Sequence record: OR352933.1
Direction: 5' to 3' (one strand)
DNA: 43,345 nucleotides
From: Escherichia phage AV102
Part shown: piece by piece, positions 18,503 through 28,227 of the stretch
Layout: the number at the start of each line of letters is the position of its first letter
How positions within the stretch are numbered: the stretch's first letter is position 1
Notes under the pieces: model-generated
What the model was told of the DNA's origin: nothing
Database searches by the model: none
Seen by the model: the letters and a program-made list of their open reading frames with translations, nothing else
Program-made: the position numbers and the translations under genes

Positions 18503-19522
18503 TTAGGGCTTGGTGGTGAAGGTGAACTTAGTCACTGCCGCTGTATCAGGACGACGCAGACCGATGTTATACATCGCGTAGCAGTCCAGAACGTTGTTGA
18601 ACTCGCGCTGGTCATCCCAGATACGAGAAGTGAATGGTTTAGCTTCTACCGTCACCAAGGTCTTGGACTTACTGAAAGTTACCATGCGACATTTCGCATC
18701 ATCCTCAGTGACCGTGTAAGCGGTACCCAGCGGATGCGTACCAGCCTCAGTTGGGAACTCAGTACACTCTACTACCGGCACACCGTTCATCTTCACAACC
18801 CGGCGGTTCTTGTAACCATCGTCGTTGGTTGCGCCGAACTCAATATTTAACAGCTTCGGATGCTCCAGCAGACGCGAATAGGTATCGACATCCACCAGGG
18901 TAATCATGTCCGCCAGCGGAGTCTTACGCTTGATGAGTTCATCAATACCAGCCTTGTGGGCCAGGTTGATGTTCATGGCGTTCGCTTCCATCTCAGCCTG
19001 AGTCAGCTGCTTATCTGGAGTACTACCCGCTACGAGGATGGAGGCACCGACTTCAATACCGTCGTTGAATGCAGGCTTCAGGTGCGCTGGTGCAACCCAG
19101 GAACGGCCCTTGATGAGCTGAATCAGGTGCGCCTGGTCAAAGGTCTCCGCGAACTCTGAACCGTTGTTCTGACCTAGCTCAGAGAGGAAGTCCGGACCAG
19201 TCCAGTCGTCCTGGTAGTCGATTGGGTTACGGATGTACAGCACCGTATCCACTACGATAATCATCTTATCGTTACGGACCGGAGTGCTATCCAGCGCTTC
19301 ACCAGAACGACGACCCTTCACCGCAGAGGTATTCAGGCGGTCGATACGGTAGGTGTTAGAGCCGCTGATAGAGCGCTGGCTAGAGAGGCCTAGGAACAGC
19401 GCCTGGTACTGGAAGCGGGTGTCCACTTCGTTCTGGTACACTTCCAGGTGAATATCGACGTCGGACGCCGCGCCGCCCCAATGTGGACGAGTGTCACCAG
19501 CTTTATAAATAGTATCTGCCAT
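18503..19522 (-). CDS. Major capsid protein
   Basis: 339 aa; position after scaffold; size typical of T7-like gp10. Confidence 0.85.
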   Translation of the reverse strand: MADTIYKAGDTRPHWGGAASDVDIHLEVYQNEVDTRFQYQALFLGLSSQRSISGSNTYRIDRLNTSAVKGRRSGEALDSTPVRNDKMIIVVDTVLYIRNPIDYQDDWTGPDFLSELGQNNGSEFAETFDQAHLIQLIKGRSWVAPAHLKPAFNDGIEVGASILVAGSTPDKQLTQAEMEANAMNINLAHKAGIDELIKRKTPLADMITLVDVDTYSRLLEHPKLLNIEFGATNDDGYKNRRVVKMNGVPVVECTEFPTEAGTHPLGTAYTVTEDDAKCRMVTFSKSKTLVTVEAKPFTSRIWDDQREFNNVLDCYAMYNIGLRRPDTAAVTKFTFTTKP

Positions 19523-19546
19523 GTATTACTTTCCTTTTAAATGATA

Positions 19547-20419
19547 TTAAAGACCTACGCGTTTACCGGCTTCACGGCGTGCGAGTAAATCGTGGTAACG
19601 TTGACGGAACTGCTGGGATTCCAAGCTTCGGTTCCCTGCCTCCTGACGCAGTTTAGCATACTCTACTTTGAAGTCCGCAGCGGACAAGGCATTGTTGCCA
19701 GGGACACCACGTACCAATGGATTTGAGGTCTTGATAAGACCCATATCACGGCAGTAACCTGCCACCAACTCTGCTGCCTGTTTAAGCTCACCAGAATCAG
19801 CCAGGACTCGTGCAGCCTTACGCAGAGGCTCGGGAGCCTTGGAATTAAACAGCTGCGCTGCTACCTCCCAATTCTCCTTCCCACCTACGAGGTCATACGC
19901 TTCCTGTACAGCCTTAGTGGCTTGTCCCACCTGGTCTTCAAGATACGCCTTAGCCAGCAGCTCTGCATACGCAGCGTGCTCACCGAAGCGCTCCTTGATG
20001 AAGGCCGTATCGATTAGGTTAGGGTCCTGATACTCCAGGGCCTTACTAAGTGCCCGCACCATGTCCGAGTCAGTTAACCCAGAGACTTGCTTCAACATCG
20101 CTACACCGGCATCAATCGTCGGGTTGCCTGTTTGAGCCAGCTCCTGAGGCTGCTCTTTGGCGCTTTCGCCACCCTTGTCATTAAGGGCCGCTTTTAGGGC
20201 TTCGATATCCAGAGGAATCTGTGCTGGAGCTACTGCCGGAACTACTGCAGGTGCAGGGGAATCTTTGCCCTGTTGCTGCTGCATAGAGATCTGCGCATCC
20301 TGCACACCCTGATTATTTGGGGCGTTAAGAGGAGCGCCCAGGCCCGGAATCTTAGGGCCGCCTTGGTTCTCTACCTGGGTAGTTGTTACGTTAGTTTGAG
20401 TGGTTTCTACGCCGTCCAT
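19547..20419 (-). CDS. Scaffolding protein
   Basis: 290 aa, acidic, Ala/Gln-rich; lies between portal and capsid. Confidence 0.7.
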   Translation of the reverse strand: MDGVETTQTNVTTTQVENQGGPKIPGLGAPLNAPNNQGVQDAQISMQQQQGKDSPAPAVVPAVAPAQIPLDIEALKAALNDKGGESAKEQPQELAQTGNPTIDAGVAMLKQVSGLTDSDMVRALSKALEYQDPNLIDTAFIKERFGEHAAYAELLAKAYLEDQVGQATKAVQEAYDLVGGKENWEVAAQLFNSKAPEPLRKAARVLADSGELKQAAELVAGYCRDMGLIKTSNPLVRGVPGNNALSAADFKVEYAKLRQEAGNRSLESQQFRQRYHDLLARREAGKRVGL

Positions 20420-20433
20420 TTATACCTCTGTTG

Positions 20434-22029
20434 TTAGCCCGGTAACAGGCCTAGTTGTTGTCCTGCTACGGCAGGATCCGCTGCCTGGAGATCTTGTACC
20501 TGCGACTGTGCTTGTGCTGCTGATGCCGCCGCTGCATTATCTTGAACTTGCTGCTTCTCTTGCAGTTGCTCTTCTGTGAGCATGAACGGTCCACTTACAA
20601 TACCGTATGCATCCAAGTACCAATCTACGCATGCATCTTCATTAAAGCGAGGAGTAAGCTGTTTGAGCACAGGAATAGCCAGCTGCATAGCCTGGGTAGC
20701 TTCTAGCAGTTTATCTGCTGCTGCTGCTTTAGCTAGTGCTGCAGTACCTACCATCACGTTGATATCCACTACACCCTCGGTGAGGTACACCTTGAACTTA
20801 GGATATGCCACGATAGTATACAGGTACGCGAGCTTACGCAGCCAGGAGTCACTGAGGATGCTGAATCCACCACCCATAGCGTACTCTGCCTCTTTAGCAT
20901 TCTGACGAATCTCATAAGCAGTTACACGCTCACCCTGTCGAGCATTGCCGGTGTACATAAACGCACGAGCCAGTTTCTGCTCAAGCATCTGAATGTCGCT
21001 AGCAATCCACTGAATCTTTTGAGCTGCACCGCCTTCATAAGCTGTGACAGGAGACTTGGTGTTACCATTACTACCACCACCACCAACCTGTACGGCCTCA
21101 CCGGTCTCGGCTTGAGAGAACTCGTCAACGTCCAAGCCGGAACTGGCATCGACCATAGGGATAAGACGGGAGGCTTCAATCTCGTAGTTGGTCAACGCTT
21201 CGGTCAGCACAGACAGTCGCGCAAAGTCACCCGCATAGTCTTCCACCAGACCGCGTCCATAGTGCTCACCGTTAACCAGGTTCCACACCAATACGTTATA
21301 CGGAAGTTCCAGCTCAGGGTAGGTGCTGCTCTCGCCTAGGCGACGACCATCAACTTCTTGATACACCTCATAGCTTACTGCTTCTTCTCCATTTGGAAGG
21401 TGCTTAATCTTACGACAAGCGGCAGTGTAGATATCAATGTCGCTGTATGGGTCCCGGCCGTTGTAGTATGTTCTTTGGATATCTTCTGGGAGGTCCTGGA
21501 TGCTGGCGCGCTCTTTGATAATGAGTCGCAGCACGTTCCCGCTACCATCCCTTCGAACGGTAAAGTTACGGACCGAGTAGATAATGGATTTCCCGGTTCT
21601 TTCATCGATATACTCCAATGCGTTCCCGGTGATAAGCAGCAACTTCACAGCTTGAAGCTTAGCAGCATACCCATCCTTCTCAAACACCTTCTGAGAGGCG
21701 GTGTTCTCTACCTCGGATAAACGGGATTCCGCAGTGCTGGAACTTCCCAGACTACTAATAAAGTTGTCAAGGGCTGCACTCTTAGAGAACCGAAAGAAGC
21801 TAGTACCTTGCGGGAATAATGCACCTACAATTTTAGTCGCTGCTGTATTGACCAGCTGAGCACCTGTACTCTGATAGTCTCGACTAAGCTGCATACGCCG
21901 CCCATCAGTATAGAGCTCTCGGGTAAAGATTGTAGGTAGCGTCCACTCAGCAAACTTCTCTGACGCATCCAGTACGCCAGCATCCTGGTCCCCCAGGAAT
22001 AGTTCCGCTAATGTCTTTTTATAGTCCAA
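20434..22029 (-). CDS. Portal (head-tail connector) protein
   Basis: 531 aa (T7 gp8 is 536 aa); first large gene of the structural module. Confidence 0.85.
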   Translation of the reverse strand: MDYKKTLAELFLGDQDAGVLDASEKFAEWTLPTIFTRELYTDGRRMQLSRDYQSTGAQLVNTAATKIVGALFPQGTSFFRFSKSAALDNFISSLGSSSTAESRLSEVENTASQKVFEKDGYAAKLQAVKLLLITGNALEYIDERTGKSIIYSVRNFTVRRDGSGNVLRLIIKERASIQDLPEDIQRTYYNGRDPYSDIDIYTAACRKIKHLPNGEEAVSYEVYQEVDGRRLGESSTYPELELPYNVLVWNLVNGEHYGRGLVEDYAGDFARLSVLTEALTNYEIEASRLIPMVDASSGLDVDEFSQAETGEAVQVGGGGSNGNTKSPVTAYEGGAAQKIQWIASDIQMLEQKLARAFMYTGNARQGERVTAYEIRQNAKEAEYAMGGGFSILSDSWLRKLAYLYTIVAYPKFKVYLTEGVVDINVMVGTAALAKAAAADKLLEATQAMQLAIPVLKQLTPRFNEDACVDWYLDAYGIVSGPFMLTEEQLQEKQQVQDNAAAASAAQAQSQVQDLQAADPAVAGQQLGLLPG

Positions 22030-22038
22030 GCTTCCTCC

Positions 22039-22302
22039 TTACAGGCCCAGGGGGTTGCTCTGCCCTGCCCGTCGCCGTTTCTTCTGCTCAGACGTAATTG
22101 CATCTGCAGATGCAGAGGCCGCCCCGGAGGGGTTGATCTCAGCAATATTGTCAGCTGCACTGTTTGCCTCTAAGGCTGCCTGCTGTTTTGCTGCCTCAGC
22201 CTGCTGCTCAGCCATGCGCTGCTGTTGTTCTAATCCTTCGTTATCAGTAAGGCCAAGCATATCCGTGGCCTTACCTAACAGTTTACCTAATCCACCGCTC
22301 AT
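22039..22302 (-). CDS. Hypothetical protein (87 aa, Ala/Gln-rich), possibly virion-associated
   Basis: ORF immediately upstream of the portal gene. Confidence 0.45.
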   Translation of the reverse strand: MSGGLGKLLGKATDMLGLTDNEGLEQQQRMAEQQAEAAKQQAALEANSAADNIAEINPSGAASASADAITSEQKKRRRAGQSNPLGL

Positions 22303-22742
22303 GCTGACCTCACTAAATGGTAAGTTGTTTTGTAAGTATTATCCGATGTATTGCGACTAATGGCGATGCGCCCAGCTCGCATACACTTAGCGATTGCTTG
22401 CAGACCCTTCATAACTACAAGCATTGCCTCACTGTTTCCTGGTTTCAATACGAAGAAGTCTGTGTACAACACAGGCTCTACGTAATGGCAGTCCTCTACA
22501 GCTTCTGGGTAGTAACTGACAGCGCCTACTAAGTCGCCCCGAGAGTCATAGACCCCTAGTATATACTGTTTACCTAGTATACTTTTTAGTACTCTCCAAT
22601 AGTGTTGCTCTGTGGTAAGGCCCCGACTAATGCCGTGACCAAGTTCGTGCAGAGCTCTCACTGCTTTTCTGATATCATCGTGATTATGCAGAACTTTTAG
22701 GGAGTAAGTATTAGGTGTTTTACTAGTGTGTTTTAACTTCAT
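22299..22742 (-). CDS. Hypothetical protein with HELGH (HExxH) motif
   Basis: Start set at MKLKHTSK (22742; AGGAG 6 nt upstream); the track N-terminal extension to 22805 overlaps the upstream gene. HELGH lies near the N-terminus. Confidence 0.5.
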   Translation of the reverse strand: MKLKHTSKTPNTYSLKVLHNHDDIRKAVRALHELGHGISRGLTTEQHYWRVLKSILGKQYILGVYDSRGDLVGAVSYYPEAVEDCHYVEPVLYTDFFVLKPGNSEAMLVVMKGLQAIAKCMRAGRIAISRNTSDNTYKTTYHLVRSA

Positions 22743-22759
22743 TCCTACTCCTGTAACAT
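22743..22759 (-). promoter_or_regulatory. Copy 3 of the exact 17-bp element, between the SLOG-like gene and the next ORF
   Basis: Plus-strand tcctactcctgtaacat; minus-strand AGGAG within it also serves as the RBS of the downstream ORF. Confidence 0.45.
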
Positions 22760-22765
22760 TAAATT

Positions 22766-23104
22766 TTAGTAGGGTTCCCAAACCGGTATACCTGCCTTTC
22801 TGCACAGTTCAACCATACCAGCGGTCCCCCTTCCTCCAGGAAAGGCAACACAGTATTCAGGAAAGGCCAGGGATATCATGGCGGCGTTCCTACGTATACC
22901 CGCAGATTTACCTTGTGCATCCCACAGTGCGGGCATACGCAGAACAAATACACCAGATTCCAGGGCCCACCTATCTGCCAGTGCATCCGCCCCTCTGGCA
23001 TTTCCATGTATCACTACAGATGGCTTGTTTGGCAGCATATCCATTGCGGTTTTTAGTGCTAGGTAGTCTGAGTAATCACGCCCACCAGTTACCAGTACTC
23101 TCAT
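22766..23104 (-). CDS. Small SLOG/DprA/LOG-like Rossmann-fold protein (DUF2493-like), function unknown
   Basis: 112 aa; RVLVTGGRDY N-terminal glycine motif, HGNARGADALADRWA (DprA-like), PGGRGTAGMVE (LOG-like PGGxGTxxE). Confidence 0.5.
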   Translation of the reverse strand: MRVLVTGGRDYSDYLALKTAMDMLPNKPSVVIHGNARGADALADRWALESGVFVLRMPALWDAQGKSAGIRRNAAMISLAFPEYCVAFPGGRGTAGMVELCRKAGIPVWEPY

Positions 23105-23113
23105 ACGATTCCC

Positions 23114-25582
23114 TCAACAAAAGAAGAATGGAGATTCAAGCACTTGTCGGATGTCCAAAGTACCGATTGCAGGCATCTCTAAATCTGTGAGGTCTGCCCC
23201 TGCTTCGGCAGCTGCCCGGGTAATATCTCCAAGCAGATCGTGCTCCTCGTACAACTTCACAAACTGTTCACGGATATGTCGGTGCAGGGCATCTACATCA
23301 ACCGCGTGAGTAGCCATTGAGTCGTGAATCGGGACAATATCCAGACCCTCTGCAGCACAGAGCACCATCATGAGGTGTGTGCTATCTAGGCTATGCACAA
23401 AGTTCGGGGCAATACCAGAGGCAGCCTTGCGCTTATTACAGGTCTTAAAGTCACGGTTGTGCACCAGCACGGCAGATAGGTTCATACAATCAATACGTAC
23501 ACGCACCTCCTCTCGCTGAGAGTACCGGTTCATCACCAGCCCACCTAGCGGGGTCTTCCACTGCAGATGCTGACTAGCAGGTACACGCCTAGCGAGGTTC
23601 TGCAGATACCCCATAGCTGCTGCTGCTGCTGGGTTAGCTTCCTCAATAGCGCTACGCATTCTAGGGGCAAGGTAGCAGGATAAGTTCCAGAGACTGTGCG
23701 TGTCTGTTCCTTCATACCCCTCTTCACAGGCCCCTGCAAAGATGTAGTCGCTGCAGCTGCGCACCGTGGCGCTGTAGAAGTAGGTCATGCTAGGACGCTT
23801 GGTCATGTTTCGAGTAATCTCGTTCTCTCTCCAGTACGTGCTCTGGATAACGAAATCCTCTTTGTCCAGGTCCAGTATCACCTTCTCGTCCGTACGGCGC
23901 TTCACGTCCATATACAGATCCGCTTTCTTGTCGTTACCCTCCCAGTACAGGTTCGTCAGGCGTCCGCCTACAGGGTCTCTCAGGAGCGCTGAGAGGTGCT
24001 GCCCACCTGAGTTTGTAGCATCCATAGCAACTGGGATTCGGCTAATATACTCTTCTGGGCATCCAGAACGTACAGCATTAACCAAGTCGATAGCGGATGC
24101 TAGGAAGCACCAAGGGCTGTCGGCGGAGGTAAAAGCAGGGCAATCAAAAGGAGAATCCGCGAGCTGCTCAATCTCTGCAAAGTTTGCATCAACCCAAGCT
24201 GCGCGGTCTTCGAATAGGGTTTTGTCATAACCAAAGCAGGTAGCGACGTGCACTTTAAGCCAGAATAACCCTCTCTCTCCCAGAGGTTTACCTCGTCCGA
24301 ATTCAAGAAGTGCCTTCTGCAAATCAGAACCTTGGGGGTGCAGTGAGGACTTGAAGTACAGCCGGTACCGCCAATCCACACAGGTTGGGAAGTACAGGGC
24401 TTTCTCATCTTTGAATTCCTCTGCCATCTCTAGCGTGGTCAATAGACTACGTAGTTGCGACACACGTTTACGGTCGGCGCTGTACCATAAGGACATACGC
24501 GTCTTCCACTCTCCGAAGCGGTCGAGTTCCTCCTCGGTGTAATTCTCTTTTGGTACACCATCTAAGTACCACTCAGGTTTCGGATCTGGCACTGAGCGCG
24601 GCATACCTACACCAATACCTAAGGCCCGTGCTTCTTGTACCAGTTCCAGTATTCGCTTATTAATGCGATAAGGAGTTTCCTGCGCCTTATTAAGTGCCTT
24701 CTTGATACCGTCCGCAGACTTAAATGCTTCCGCTACTTCACGCAGTCTGGCGCGGTCAATGTGTGAGTTGTGGTACGTCCCACGGTTATCGATTGGGGTG
24801 AGGTATCCACCATCCCACAATGTAGTATGTGGCACCGGCGGTACCAGCATCGGAGGCTTCATAGTTACAGTGTCAGCAGATTCCACTAACTGCTGAAATG
24901 CTTCCATAACATTATCTGCGGGATAGAGCATACTCAAGTTCCCGCTACCAGTCTTCCACTGGAACAGCCCCGTCTCAAACACTGCGGAACACAGCAGACG
25001 TCCCACAGCAATATTCTGAGCGTTGGTCCAAGGCTCATGCCCATAGTGCACGTTCTCAGCACTGGCGCGGAGCGTACGCAGAATGTGCGTAGGCGACTTA
25101 GTACGGCGCTCAGTGAGGTATTCATATACCCGGTCCATATATGCTGGGGCAACATTACGCAGTTGTAGGGCCAGCAGCTCTGACTGTACATTCCTACCCA
25201 GAGCGGACATCACTGCCTGAGCTGTCTGGCGGCGACTGGCGGACTCACCAGGGGCGACACTGAACGCCTCAAACATTGTGCACAGGCTCAGAGTAGTTAG
25301 GACATCCAAGGGGACTAAGCGTAGGAATCGGCGGTACTTTCCACCGATACCCGGGGCTTTGACGTTACGCATTTCCTCAATGGCTGCAGAGGCCACGTCG
25401 TACGCAGAGGTTAGCATGCGCTGAGCCATAGGCAGGTTCATAATCCCGCCGTTTTGCAGAGCATCGGTAATCAATTTGCGAGCACGTTCAATGCCGCGAA
25501 TCTTGTAGGTCTCTTCAAGCTCCAACTGACGTTCCACCAGCGCTTCATCTGGTACTACAACCGTATTCAGGGCGCTAATCAT
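23114..25582 (-). CDS. Single-subunit DNA-dependent RNA polymerase (T7-like)
   Basis: 822 aa; AMDATNSGGQHLSALLRD and IHDSMATHA resemble conserved T7 RNA polymerase catalytic motifs; located late, next to the structural genes. Confidence 0.9.
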   Translation of the reverse strand: MISALNTVVVPDEALVERQLELEETYKIRGIERARKLITDALQNGGIMNLPMAQRMLTSAYDVASAAIEEMRNVKAPGIGGKYRRFLRLVPLDVLTTLSLCTMFEAFSVAPGESASRRQTAQAVMSALGRNVQSELLALQLRNVAPAYMDRVYEYLTERRTKSPTHILRTLRASAENVHYGHEPWTNAQNIAVGRLLCSAVFETGLFQWKTGSGNLSMLYPADNVMEAFQQLVESADTVTMKPPMLVPPVPHTTLWDGGYLTPIDNRGTYHNSHIDRARLREVAEAFKSADGIKKALNKAQETPYRINKRILELVQEARALGIGVGMPRSVPDPKPEWYLDGVPKENYTEEELDRFGEWKTRMSLWYSADRKRVSQLRSLLTTLEMAEEFKDEKALYFPTCVDWRYRLYFKSSLHPQGSDLQKALLEFGRGKPLGERGLFWLKVHVATCFGYDKTLFEDRAAWVDANFAEIEQLADSPFDCPAFTSADSPWCFLASAIDLVNAVRSGCPEEYISRIPVAMDATNSGGQHLSALLRDPVGGRLTNLYWEGNDKKADLYMDVKRRTDEKVILDLDKEDFVIQSTYWRENEITRNMTKRPSMTYFYSATVRSCSDYIFAGACEEGYEGTDTHSLWNLSCYLAPRMRSAIEEANPAAAAAMGYLQNLARRVPASQHLQWKTPLGGLVMNRYSQREEVRVRIDCMNLSAVLVHNRDFKTCNKRKAASGIAPNFVHSLDSTHLMMVLCAAEGLDIVPIHDSMATHAVDVDALHRHIREQFVKLYEEHDLLGDITRAAAEAGADLTDLEMPAIGTLDIRQVLESPFFFC

Positions 25583-25723
25583 AGGCGCTTAATCTCCTTG
25601 GTTATGTCCGGTATCTCTAATTACTGGTTTCGACTTACCCAGAGATTGTACATCTCCAGGTAGTCATTAGCGGAGCTTTCATCACCCCGCTCTATTGCTG
25701 CTTGCCACATCTGGTGGCACCAC

Positions 25724-26038
25724 TCACTTGGAAGCATCTTCTCGCTGCTCTAATTCCAGAATAAACAAGGCGCAACACGCGGCGTGTGCTAGATGCGGAA
25801 GCCCGCTCTCGGCATCCGTTAACTCCCCATTAGCATGGGCCGTTAGGTGGCGCAGAAGCGCGGCTTTGTACCGAGACCGCCCCTCCTCAACAGTGTGCCA
25901 GCTATGTGCCGCATACTTCTGAGCTCCGAATGTAAGTACATCACTAATGCGGAGCAACGCATTAGGACACCCATCCAGCAGCAGATCCATACGAGGTTTG
26001 CCTGCGTCAGACTTCATACCAGTACCTACTGCGCTCAT
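25724..26038 (-). CDS. Hypothetical protein (104 aa), possibly nucleotide pyrophosphohydrolase-like
   Basis: Segment KYAAHSWHTVEEGRSRYKAALLRHLTAHANGELTDAESGLPHLAHAACCALFILE; the functional assignment is a weak recollection, not verified. Confidence 0.4.
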   Translation of the reverse strand: MSAVGTGMKSDAGKPRMDLLLDGCPNALLRISDVLTFGAQKYAAHSWHTVEEGRSRYKAALLRHLTAHANGELTDAESGLPHLAHAACCALFILELEQREDASK

Positions 26039-26529
26039 ACTAATTCCTCCACCCCATGAGATTTTAAATCAGTCCGATGTTCCGCCGCGCCGTAGTCACA
26101 TACAGCGTAAGTAGTGATACCCAGTCGGCGGAAATGCTCAATCACTGCAGGACTATCGTCCCAAGCTGCTACGATATTCTCTAACCCTACCTTGTTGCGC
26201 AGGAACTCCTCTTTGATAATGATGTCCTTTCGGTTGTCGCTGTGTGACCGCATAACCAGCTCAGAGTACAAAACGGAGTTGCGCTCCAGCCAGGCCTCTG
26301 TCTCTGCTCTGACTATATCTGAGCGACCGGTCAATATGATAACCCGTAGCCCTGCTCGCGCCATGATGTTACACACGTCGATAGTGTCCTGGAATGGAGG
26401 GTCATCCTTAGAGGCTCGGTTGAACTCGTTCCAACTATCGGTCAGATGCAAATCCACAGTGGGTAGCAAGTGCAAGCGATGCTTACCATCAGCCAACGTG
26501 CCATCCAAGTCAAAAATCACCGTCCTCAC
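26035..26529 (-). CDS. HAD-superfamily phosphatase (polynucleotide 3'-phosphatase or nucleotidase-like)
   Basis: N-terminal FDLDGTLAD HAD motif I; 164 aa. Confidence 0.65.
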   Translation of the reverse strand: MRTVIFDLDGTLADGKHRLHLLPTVDLHLTDSWNEFNRASKDDPPFQDTIDVCNIMARAGLRVIILTGRSDIVRAETEAWLERNSVLYSELVMRSHSDNRKDIIIKEEFLRNKVGLENIVAAWDDSPAVIEHFRRLGITTYAVCDYGAAEHRTDLKSHGVEELV

Positions 26530-26948
26530 TTAATAATCTCCCGTGCTTTGCGTCGTGCCCTGGCCTTGCGGGCCTTGAGCTTCTGTGCCTGTGCCTGTTC
26601 TTCCGGTGTCTTATATGTATAGTATAGCATATCCGTGGGTTCACGGTCTAGGTAGTCGGCAACCCTACGCAGAGATTCAGCAATAGCGCTAGAAGATTGC
26701 ATGCTACCAACAATCCAACGCCCAGCCGCAGAGGCCACTTTCCCCTCTCCACCATTGCATGAGCGATGCAGAGCACCCCGGATGCGCCCAGTAATGTGAC
26801 AATGGTCAACAACAACAGAATCACCAGTCACGCCTCTGATTGTAAAGTCCAATGGTTTACCGCAGAGCAGGCACAACCCACCCTGGTCCTTAGCTAGCTT
26901 AATAGCTACTGAGCGTATCTGCGCCCGGGTAATCTTACGCAGCGCCAT
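26526..26948 (-). CDS. Endonuclease VII-like Holliday junction resolvase
   Basis: VVVDHCHITGRIRGALHRSCN matches the endonuclease VII zinc-binding and catalytic signature. Confidence 0.75.
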   Translation of the reverse strand: MALRKITRAQIRSVAIKLAKDQGGLCLLCGKPLDFTIRGVTGDSVVVDHCHITGRIRGALHRSCNGGEGKVASAAGRWIVGSMQSSSAIAESLRRVADYLDREPTDMLYYTYKTPEEQAQAQKLKARKARARRKAREIIK

Positions 26949-27101
26949 CTGGAGCCTCCTCGAACCACTTTGACGGGTACATACCTATATAACGCCCGCC
27001 CCGTATGTGCACATACGCATCTATGTCCGCCATGGAATCCACATAATAAACACTACCAAGTTCTAGGACCTTTTCGGAATCTGCTCGTATGCACCGAACT
27101 C

Positions 27102-27302
27102 TTACCATAACTGAATCTCCGCTACGCTATCCAAGTCAGCTTGCTCGTGAATGATAGAATCCAGATGCTCAACTGTTCTTCGATGAGTTTTGGGTGCTCG
27201 TTCACGCAACGCATCCAGAATAGTTTCAAGTTCATCATGTTTCCCCTCATAGTATAACTCAATCGCCCGCAGGCTCATTTCCTTCGCAGACATCTTCGCC
27301 AT
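27102..27302 (-). CDS. Hypothetical small protein, overlaps the 3' end of the exonuclease gene
   Basis: Probable start MAKMSAKEM at 27302; the track extends to 27371. Overlaps the exonuclease ORF by about 44 nt in another frame. Confidence 0.4.
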   Translation of the reverse strand: MAKMSAKEMSLRAIELYYEGKHDELETILDALRERAPKTHRRTVEHLDSIIHEQADLDSVAEIQLW

Positions 27303-28227
27303 TGTCTGGGTGCTCCTGTATCCACTGTATGTGCTGTTTATGGTACTCGTGCAGCGAATGCACCCAGTCACGTAGACTGGGAGTAGTCAACAGTGACATC
27401 AGATACTGATAGGCAGAATCTGATTGGGAGCGTCTCAGCCACAGGCATTCTGCCTCTGCGAGTACGTCTTGGTTGTTTCTAGCATAAGCCGCTACAACGA
27501 ACTCTGCGGCGTCTTGCTCTGAGGTAATAGGGTAGATAGCATCAAAGGCCGTTCGCTTGCCACAGGGCTTCCCATCAAGCAACGTGATGCCTTTGACGTT
27601 ATCTGCGTCGTCTCCTGCTAGCATCTGCCACCAGAAGAACTTCAACCCGTGTGCTCGTACAGGCATAGCCTGGGTGTCATCCCACTTAATCCATCCGAAG
27701 GGATCCTCCAGTGCAGGCCACACTGTACCGGTTGAGATATCAAACCGGGCCATAGGGCTGAGCCAGGAGTCCTTGTCCTGTGACATTAGTATACCGCGCT
27801 CACCGAAAGCGTATGAGTCCATTATGAATAGATCATCCGCCTCGAAGAAGTCGCTACTAACTACTTGGATACCTTGCTCAGAATACTGGTCCGGATTATC
27901 AATCAGGTGCCGCTTCAAAGGGGCCTTCAGTGGTAGCTCCTGCCGGTTAGCTCGCTGCCCCTGGTACGGCTTAGCTGTGGGTAGGTGCCAACGCAGACAC
28001 TTAGCACAACCAGCAGGAGTCAGATACGCCACTGCTTCCGAGCAGCCCACCAAGAACATGTCCTCAAGCACTAGCTGATAGAAGCGACGTATCGCCGTAT
28101 CCAAACGTTTCACTGTAGCGGCGGCTTTGTACACGCAAAAATCTGCGTCATATAGCAGAATCTTCCCAGAGTTCTGCGGGGCTAGCTGCTCCCCGAGCTG
28201 GGACAAGTCAACCCCGTTGATAATCAT
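27259..28227 (-). CDS. 5'-3' exonuclease (T7 gp6-like, FEN family)
   Basis: 322 aa; N-terminal ILLYDADFCVYKAA resembles the T7 gene 6 exonuclease N-terminus with acidic metal ligands. Confidence 0.75.
   Translation of the reverse strand: MIINGVDLSQLGEQLAPQNSGKILLYDADFCVYKAAATVKRLDTAIRRFYQLVLEDMFLVGCSEAVAYLTPAGCAKCLRWHLPTAKPYQGQRANRQELPLKAPLKRHLIDNPDQYSEQGIQVVSSDFFEADDLFIMDSYAFGERGILMSQDKDSWLSPMARFDISTGTVWPALEDPFGWIKWDDTQAMPVRAHGLKFFWWQMLAGDDADNVKGITLLDGKPCGKRTAFDAIYPITSEQDAAEFVVAAYARNNQDVLAEAECLWLRRSQSDSAYQYLMSLLTTPSLRDWVHSLHEYHKQHIQWIQEHPDNGEDVCEGNEPAGD

Noticed and set aside
18491-18520. T7 10A/10B-style -1 frameshift extension of the capsid protein into the 65-aa ORF
   Set aside because: The 65-aa ORF is in the -1 frame relative to the capsid gene, but a TAA stop immediately precedes its ATG in that frame and it has its own GGAGG RBS, so it is an independent small gene.
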